Source of the DNA: a virus
Lineage: Duplodnaviria > Caudoviricetes
Length of the DNA stretch: 64,000 nt
Virus record (IMG/VR): IMGVR_UViG_3300017722_002753
Coordinates: 14,249 to 78,248 of that record
Strand: one strand, 5' to 3'
How positions within the stretch are numbered: the first letter of the stretch is position 1; every line of letters starts with the position of its first letter. Under the pieces are notes generated by a model, which was given only the letters and a program-made list of their open reading frames with translations, had not been told where the DNA came from and ran no database searches. Position numbers and translations under genes: made by a program. Positions 58,200-64,000 of this stretch are shown here, one piece after another.

Positions 58200-60516
58200 A
58201 GTAACTTGGGACGATGTTCCCGAAAACTTTACTCCTGAAAAAATCAGAAGAGTAAAATCCTACTTTCAAGACAAATACAAAACAAAAAATATTCAAGTTA
58301 TTACCAAAAGTTTAACTAACACCTCTGATATTAATTTAGTGTCGTTAGAGGCTTCTGACAGTATACTTGATCATCAGTACCAAAAAAAATTGATGAAGGA
58401 TTTCATCAAAGAAAACGATTTACAAACAAAATGGGATTTAGTTGATAGGTTAGATAATAAGGTAAATGTATCCATAGATAAGTTGAATGAGAATAAGGTG
58501 CGTTATAATAAATGGTACATTAAGAAAATTGAGTTTTCAAATTTTCTTTCATTTGGAGACAACAACGTCATTGATTACACAACTCTTGATGGTATTACAG
58601 TTATTGAATCCACCCCAAAAAACTTTGGAGGTAAATCTACATCATCAGTTGATTTATTAATGTTCCTATTTTTTAACTCAACAACCAAAACTAAAACTGG
58701 TTCTGAAATATTCAATAAATTTAGTGACAAAGATGAAGTTAGTGTAAGAGGTGAAATAACAATCGATGGTGATGACTATGCAATTGAAAGAAAACTATCA
58801 CGCAAAAAAAGTAGGTCAGGTGAATACACAGTAACTAATAAACTTGAATTCTATAAAAGGAATGAAGACGGTACGATTGAAAACTTGTCAGGGGAACAGA
58901 GAAGAGAAACTGAATCATTTATATCTTCGGCAATTGGTACTGAAGAGGACTTCTTAACAACCATTGTTACAACAGGGAATAACTTAGAGCAATTGATTGA
59001 ATCCAAACCAACTGCTCGAGGACAAATACTTACTAAATTCATGGGACTCGAAAGTCTAAGGAATAAAGAAGATATTGCAAAAGAGATGTTTAATGAGTGG
59101 AGTAGAAAACTCGTATCAAACACTTATAACATCACTCAATTAGAAATTGATAACGGTGACTTTAAAGAAAGTATTATTAACTCGGAGAGTGAAATCGAAA
59201 GGTTAACAGTTGAACTTTCTAAATTTGAGAAAGATTTAAAAAAACTTGAGAAAAAAAGAGATGATACATTATCGTCAAAAAACAATGATGTCGATAGAGA
59301 CCTAATCAATACCAACCCTATACTTTTAGAAAGGGAAATTAATAATTTAGTAGGTTTAAAAAATACCAGTCAAAAAAACGCAGATGATGTGAACGTGGTC
59401 GAACCATCAAAATATTATGATGAGGATGATCATTCTGAATTAATTAAAGAAAAAAATAAATTAAATTCAGATTTAATTTTTACACAAAAAGACATCACAA
59501 ATAAGGAAAAACTTATTAAGCAATTTGAGGAAGGTTCAGTTTGTCCTACTTGCAACAGAGCGTTAGAAGATGTTGACCATACGGATGAAATTGAAAAAAT
59601 TAAAAAAGAAATTGAGGATTTAAAAAAGACAGAACAGAAGTTAATAAAAAACATTGAGAAAAAGGAGAAGGAAGAACTTAAATATGTTACATTAAAGTCA
59701 GAATTTGACACTTATGAGAAAAATAAATTACGTAAAGCAAGATACGAATTAGAGGTTGAACAGAAACAATTAGAAATTGATTCCAAACAATTGAAGTTGG
59801 ATAGGTACGACGAGAACAAAAAGAAATTAGAAGAGAATCAGAGAATTGATGCTGAAATAATTTCAATCAGAACGAAGATAGAGACCGCTAATGGGGATAT
59901 TAAAGTAACCACCAAGTCGATTGAAAACCACAATGGTAACATCCTTTTGATGAAAGAAAAAATCAGAGTGAATGACGAACTAATTGTTAAAATCAAATCT
60001 GAAGAAGAATTATTGGCCGTATTCAAAACATACTTAACAATTTACGGTAAAAATGGTATCTCTAAAATCATAATGAAAAATATGATTCCATTAATCAATC
60101 AAGAGTTATATCGTTTGTTGGTGGATAGTTGTCATTTCATATTAGAATTAAATGTAAACGATAAGAATGAAGTTGAGTTCATCATGATTGATACTGAGAC
60201 TCGCATCATCAAACCACTTAATGCTGGTTCGGGTTACGAAAGAACAATATCATCGTTAGCACTTCGTAGTGTACTAACTAAGATTTCATCATTACCAAAA
60301 CCAAACATTGTGGTAATGGACGAAGTGTTCGGGAAAATTGCAGACGAGAATTTAGAAATGGTAGGAGAATTCTTCAAAAAGATTAAAGATTACTTTGAAC
60401 ATATTATTGTCATATCACACAATCCTTTAATACGTAATTGGTCTGATAATATAGTAATGATTAAAAAAGATTCTAATATATCAACAATCGATTTTATCAC
60501 CACAAAAATTTCTTAA
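58174..60516 (+). CDS. sbcC: SbcC/Rad50/gp46-like ATPase with an N-terminal extension
   Basis: IEFSNFLSFG, Walker A NFGGKST, coiled coil with CPTC hook, signature AGSGYER and Walker B VVMDEVFG. Confidence 0.9.
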   Translation: MKYNNPFIKVTWDDVPENFTPEKIRRVKSYFQDKYKTKNIQVITKSLTNTSDINLVSLEASDSILDHQYQKKLMKDFIKENDLQTKWDLVDRLDNKVNVSIDKLNENKVRYNKWYIKKIEFSNFLSFGDNNVIDYTTLDGITVIESTPKNFGGKSTSSVDLLMFLFFNSTTKTKTGSEIFNKFSDKDEVSVRGEITIDGDDYAIERKLSRKKSRSGEYTVTNKLEFYKRNEDGTIENLSGEQRRETESFISSAIGTEEDFLTTIVTTGNNLEQLIESKPTARGQILTKFMGLESLRNKEDIAKEMFNEWSRKLVSNTYNITQLEIDNGDFKESIINSESEIERLTVELSKFEKDLKKLEKKRDDTLSSKNNDVDRDLINTNPILLEREINNLVGLKNTSQKNADDVNVVEPSKYYDEDDHSELIKEKNKLNSDLIFTQKDITNKEKLIKQFEEGSVCPTCNRALEDVDHTDEIEKIKKEIEDLKKTEQKLIKNIEKKEKEELKYVTLKSEFDTYEKNKLRKARYELEVEQKQLEIDSKQLKLDRYDENKKKLEENQRIDAEIISIRTKIETANGDIKVTTKSIENHNGNILLMKEKIRVNDELIVKIKSEEELLAVFKTYLTIYGKNGISKIIMKNMIPLINQELYRLLVDSCHFILELNVNDKNEVEFIMIDTETRIIKPLNAGSGYERTISSLALRSVLTKISSLPKPNIVVMDEVFGKIADENLEMVGEFFKKIKDYFEHIIVISHNPLIRNWSDNIVMIKKDSNISTIDFITTKIS

Positions 60517-60532
60517 TTTAATAAAAAATTAG

Positions 60533-60540
60533 TACATTTG
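60533..60540 (+). promoter_or_regulatory. Bacteroidota-type -7 box TACATTTG upstream of clpP
   Basis: Exact TAnnTTTG match 21 bp before ATG 60562; the -33 box is weak. Confidence 0.5.
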
Positions 60541-60561
60541 TAAACCATTAAAAATTATAAC

Positions 60562-61236
60562 ATGACACCAAAAGATTACCAAGGATTCGGACTTTATGCA
60601 AAGGATAATGGCATTAGTTCATTAAAATTAGATTACTACAACAAACGTATTGAGAATAGTTTAACTCCATACATTTTGGAAGAAAGACAAATGAACGTAA
60701 CTGTTATGGATGTGTTTTCACGTTTAATGATGGAACGTATTATTTGGGTTGCGGGTGGGGTAGATGACCACATGTCAACAATTGTTCAAGCACAGTTAAT
60801 GTTCTTAGACAGTATCGACAAAACGGATATTACAATGCACATTGACAGTCCAGGTGGGTCTGTTAAGTCGGGTTTATCAATGGTTGATGTTATGGATTAC
60901 ATCGGTTCCGATATTAGAACCATTAACACGGGAATGGCAGCCTCTATGGGTTCAGTCCTACTTGGGGCAGGTACCAAGGGTAAACGAGGTTCTTTGAGGT
61001 TCTCACGTACCATGTTACACCAATCTTCAGGAGGTGCGGGTGGTAACATTCAAGATGCTCGTATTACCTTCAAAGAATGGGAAAAGATTAACGATACTCT
61101 ATTTGAGTTATTGGGTGGATATTGTGGTAAGACTGCGGAACAAGTTAAAAGTGACGCATCTCGAGACTTATGGTTAGATTCCGAAGAAGCGTTAGCATAT
61201 GGAATTATAGACGAAATAGTCAAAAAGAAAAAGTAA
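60562..61236 (+). CDS. clpP: ATP-dependent Clp protease proteolytic subunit
   Basis: IDSPGGSV, AASMG (Ser), MLHQ (His) and RDLWL (Asp); LTPYILEERQMNV..MDVFSRLMMERII N-terminus as in Bacteroidota ClpP. Confidence 0.95.
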   Translation: MTPKDYQGFGLYAKDNGISSLKLDYYNKRIENSLTPYILEERQMNVTVMDVFSRLMMERIIWVAGGVDDHMSTIVQAQLMFLDSIDKTDITMHIDSPGGSVKSGLSMVDVMDYIGSDIRTINTGMAASMGSVLLGAGTKGKRGSLRFSRTMLHQSSGGAGGNIQDARITFKEWEKINDTLFELLGGYCGKTAEQVKSDASRDLWLDSEEALAYGIIDEIVKKKK

Positions 61237-61240
61237 GTAA

Positions 61241-61268
61241 AAGGGGACCTAAAGTCCCCTTCTTTATT
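61241..61268 (+). terminator. Intrinsic terminator after clpP
   Basis: aaggggac-ctaaa-gtcccctt followed by ctttattt. Confidence 0.8.
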
Positions 61269-61295
61269 TCTTCATATTTATATAAAAAGACTAAT

Positions 61296-61631
61296 ATGAA
61301 GATAAATAAAACCGACATTTTATTGATTATCATCGCCCTTTTGGCGGGATATACTATTTTTCAAATGAATGGTATAAAAACCGACGTAGCGGGATACAAT
61401 GCAAAAATCGAATCCTTACAAAAGGAAATAGACTCAGTTTATACTGCAAATAAAGAAATCGACAATCAAATTGAAAAGGTTGATAATCACATTGTTAATG
61501 TCGATAAAGAAATCGATAATGTGACAAAAAACATAACTATTATTAAAAACAACACAGATGAAAAAGTTAATTCTATTACCACTATTGGTAATGTTGAGCT
61601 TGAGCAGTTATTCGCAAACAGATACAACTAA
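61296..61631 (+). CDS. N-terminally anchored coiled-coil protein (i-spanin-like)
   Basis: Start moved to ATG 61296 after the terminator and the TATTTATA box (61275-82); TM segment DILLIIIALLAGYTIF, then heptads. Confidence 0.55.
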   Translation: MKINKTDILLIIIALLAGYTIFQMNGIKTDVAGYNAKIESLQKEIDSVYTANKEIDNQIEKVDNHIVNVDKEIDNVTKNITIIKNNTDEKVNSITTIGNVELEQLFANRYN

Positions 61632-61983
61632 AGTTATAGTATTGGATACTACTAAAGTTATCCTACCAACAAAAGTTGCAAGATTGGCTTTCCAAGACTT
61701 ACTTCGTTATGACGGAGCAAAATTGGAAATTGTTGAATTAAATAATGTTATTGTTTTAAAGGACCAACAAATAAATTTATTTAAACAAAAAGACACACTA
61801 AAGGATTTAAAAATTTCTAATTTAGAGGTAATCATCAATAAGAAAGATGAACAATTTGGTTTAGAAAGACAAAAATCTGAAAGTCTATTAAAAGAATTGA
61901 AAGGACAAAGAAGAAAAACATTCCTATATAAGATTGGTTCATTTGTTGCAATAATTACAACCTCTATGCTTTTGTTAAAGTAA
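61558..61983 (+). CDS. Secreted coiled-coil protein with a C-terminal TM segment (lysis cassette)
   Basis: Signal peptide MKKLILLPLLVMLSLSSYS-Q with no lipobox Cys; overlaps the upstream gene by 74 bp; hydrophobic C-terminus. Confidence 0.55.
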   Translation: MKKLILLPLLVMLSLSSYSQTDTTKVIVLDTTKVILPTKVARLAFQDLLRYDGAKLEIVELNNVIVLKDQQINLFKQKDTLKDLKISNLEVIINKKDEQFGLERQKSESLLKELKGQRRKTFLYKIGSFVAIITTSMLLLK

Positions 61984-61984
61984 A

Positions 61985-62647
61985 ATGAAAAAATACTTAG
62001 AGATAAAAAATATCATCATTACAATATTAATAATTCTATTATTGTTAGTATCTTTTGACCCATTTGGTGTTATGCCGAAAAGAATTAAAACAGTTGAAAA
62101 AATTGTTAAGGTTGAAGGACAAACATTACACCCAATAGAAGATTCTGTAACGGAAGAAGAACCAATTGAAGACCATGTTTGCCCTGAGAATATTGTTGAG
62201 GTTGAAGTAACTAAAGAAGTTCCTGTTTTACAACTTGTGGATACTGTAGAAATATTGAAAATATATTATGCAAAAAGTACGCAAAAAGATATTTTAACGT
62301 TACCTAATAATATAGGAACGATAACTTTGATTGATACTATCTCACAAAACAAAGTAGTAGGTAGAAGTTTTGAATCTAAAGTTAAAAAACAAATAGTAAA
62401 AGGTGATACATTAAGAATACCTGAGTCACCTAAGAATCTTTTGTATGTTGGGTTTGAAACTAATTTAGACAGACCGGATTTAATTAGTAACCTTGGTTTT
62501 GGATTAATGTTTAAAACCAAAACTGAAAAAATATACAAATTGAATGTGGGGGTTAACAATAGAGTTGTAGGTGGAACGACTACGGGAGCATTTACTCCTT
62601 ATATAGGAGGGGGAGTATATTGGAAAATTAATTTAAAGAAACACTAA
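61985..62647 (+). CDS. N-anchored protein with C-terminal amphipathic beta-strands (lysis cassette)
   Basis: TM IIITILIILLLLVSF; C-terminal LYVGF..LGFGLMF..YIGGGVYWKI. Confidence 0.55.
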   Translation: MKKYLEIKNIIITILIILLLLVSFDPFGVMPKRIKTVEKIVKVEGQTLHPIEDSVTEEEPIEDHVCPENIVEVEVTKEVPVLQLVDTVEILKIYYAKSTQKDILTLPNNIGTITLIDTISQNKVVGRSFESKVKKQIVKGDTLRIPESPKNLLYVGFETNLDRPDLISNLGFGLMFKTKTEKIYKLNVGVNNRVVGGTTTGAFTPYIGGGVYWKINLKKH

Positions 62648-62651
62648 AGAT

Positions 62652-63098
62652 ATGAAGACATTCATACTTTTTATTTTCGGGATGTTCGAGGATCACGAAG
62701 ATGTTGAATTTTTTTGTACCGAAGTACTCGGCGACACAAAGTCAATAAAGTCTTTAAGATATATCATCGAGAATTCACAAAATATAATTGTTATATTTGA
62801 TTCTGATACTGAATATTTCGCGTTATCCAAAGATTTATTCGAATCACTCACAATAGAAAACGTTAAGTTTTATTTCCTAATTGAACGTGACACATTAGTC
62901 ACCGCACACTTACCAGCACAGGTTAAAGACTTCATTTTTAAACCACAAACCGAAAATAGTGCAATGTTTCTTGAGTATATGAAAAAAGAAGAGGACGTAC
63001 CACTTATGGATTTAGACGAGGTATTGGATAAAATTGAAAAATGGGGAATTGAAAGTTTAACATTGGATGAAAAAAACTTCTTAGATAATTTTGAATAA
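62652..63098 (+). CDS. Hypothetical protein with a C-terminal DUF6576-like motif
   Basis: LDEVLDKIEKWGIESLTLDEKNFL resembles the ID.ILDKI...G..SLT..EK.FL motif. Confidence 0.6.
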   Translation: MKTFILFIFGMFEDHEDVEFFCTEVLGDTKSIKSLRYIIENSQNIIVIFDSDTEYFALSKDLFESLTIENVKFYFLIERDTLVTAHLPAQVKDFIFKPQTENSAMFLEYMKKEEDVPLMDLDEVLDKIEKWGIESLTLDEKNFLDNFE

Positions 63099-63120
63099 TC
63101 GAAATTATTTTGTATCTTTA
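63090..63120 (+). promoter_or_regulatory. Bacteroidota-type promoter TTTG-N19-TATCTTTA upstream of the sigma gene
   Basis: TTTG at 63090-93 and TATCTTTA at 63113-20; spacing fits the known 19-21 bp. Confidence 0.6.
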
Positions 63121-63150
63121 GTTATATCATAACTTACTAACAAACCAGCC

Positions 63151-63960
63151 ATGAAAAAATCCATTATCACCAACACGGATGAGATTCAACAGTATATAAA
63201 AGATATACGAAAAATTCCCGTAATTTCTCACGAAAAACAAGAAGAGATTTTTACTTTACTTAAAAGTAAAACAACGACGAAGCGAGAAAAAGAAAAACTC
63301 TACAATGAGTTGGTGGTCGGTAACTTACGATTTGTCATTTCTGTTGCAAAGATGTACCAAAACCAAGGAATGGATATTATGGATTTAATTTCCGAAGGTA
63401 ATATTGGTTTAATGAAGGCAGCTGAGAGATTTGACCCTACAAGTGGATTTAAATTTATTTCTTATGCGGTATGGTGGATAAAACAATCAATGATGGCATC
63501 GTTAAATGACAATGCAAGAACGATTCGTATTCCGTCAAATTTAGTACAAGAGGCACAAAAAAAGAAAAAAGAAGAAATATCTCAAGAAGACCAATTCTAT
63601 ATTAGTAAGAATGACGAACCCGTTGCAACTGAATTACCATATTGTATTGGTTTATATTCAGAGATTAACGAAGATGGTGACACATTGATTGACATGATTC
63701 CAAACAAAAATGCTGACGACCCCGAGGCATTTATCAACTCACCTGAAGAAATTAAGAAAAAAGTAAATCTTATGTTGGGTGTGTTGGACGAAAGAGAAAA
63801 AATTATAATTGAGAGATATTATGGTTTGACAGGAGTAGAATCTAACTTAGAAGACTTAGGGGATGAATTCGGATGTACTAAAGAACGCATTAGACAATTA
63901 CGTGATAAGGCCATTAAAAAATTACGTAATGAGAGTTTTGGCCTACTAAACTATTTATAA
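63151..63960 (+). CDS. rpoD: RNA polymerase sigma-70 factor, Bacteroidota primary-sigma-like
   Basis: NLRFVISVAKMYQNQG, GFKFISYAVWWIKQS and region 4 LEDLGDEFGCTKERIRQL; 269 aa, no region 1.1. Confidence 0.9.
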   Translation: MKKSIITNTDEIQQYIKDIRKIPVISHEKQEEIFTLLKSKTTTKREKEKLYNELVVGNLRFVISVAKMYQNQGMDIMDLISEGNIGLMKAAERFDPTSGFKFISYAVWWIKQSMMASLNDNARTIRIPSNLVQEAQKKKKEEISQEDQFYISKNDEPVATELPYCIGLYSEINEDGDTLIDMIPNKNADDPEAFINSPEEIKKKVNLMLGVLDEREKIIIERYYGLTGVESNLEDLGDEFGCTKERIRQLRDKAIKKLRNESFGLLNYL

Positions 63961-64000
63961 ATTATAATATTATGAAAAAGGTAATCGAATTAATAAAAAC

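Larger units (their letters stand above)
1..64000 (+). other. Genome segment of a large contractile-tailed phage (jumbo-myophage-like), probable Bacteroidota host
   Basis: Contractile tail and baseplate genes co-occur with SSB, RecA, DnaB, primase, NrdAB, SbcCD, ClpP and sigma. All are co-oriented with short intergenic gaps and no obvious SD sequences. Confidence 0.93.

Noticed and set aside
2774-62559. Other short minus-strand or nested ORFs in the track (e.g. 2774..3214, 4647..5219, 14806..15210, 43678..44637)
   Set aside because: All lie wholly opposite well-supported + strand genes and look like antisense shadows.
132-63960. Alternative genetic code (TAG or TGA reassigned)
   Set aside because: Long genes are intact under code 11 with near-complete coding density; only the stop-usage bias remains (see findings).
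63972-64000. Start of a further ORF (MKKVIELIK...) at the window edge
   Set aside because: Only 9 codons are visible, so it cannot be assigned.

Overview
This window is a 64-kb, AT-rich, gene-dense segment of a large contractile-tailed dsDNA phage (jumbo-myophage-like). All credible genes are on the + strand and read in the standard code. The order is: tail core (tube, assembly chaperone with an overlapping gp51-like ORF, tape measure, tube-initiator fusion, LysM wedge, hub); a replication and nucleotide block (gp32-like SSB, RecA/UvsX, 5'-3' exonuclease, DnaB, NrdB, NrdA); about 28.5 kb of baseplate, fibre and decoration genes (gp25, gp6, gp7-like, collagen-like, Pro/Thr-repeat, SprB-repeat and VWA proteins); then RuvC-like resolvase, primase, PD-(D/E)XK nuclease, SbcD/SbcC, ClpP, a three-gene lysis-like cassette and a sigma-70 factor. 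A Bacteroidota host is inferred from a Bacteroidota-type sigma and ClpP, SprB repeats, a TTTG-N19-TAnnTTT promoter and the absence of Shine-Dalgarno sequences. The most unusual signals are: (i) a [S/T]-G-x-T motif strongly enriched in peripheral virion proteins and nearly absent from enzymes, a candidate modification sequon; (ii) about 21 single-Cys beta-strand 'beads' strung on mucin-like Pro/Thr linkers and shared by two genes; (iii) a probable programmed frameshift in the tail chaperone; (iv) two structured non-coding RNA candidates. All family calls come from motif recognition by eye. No database searches were run, and counts are manual.
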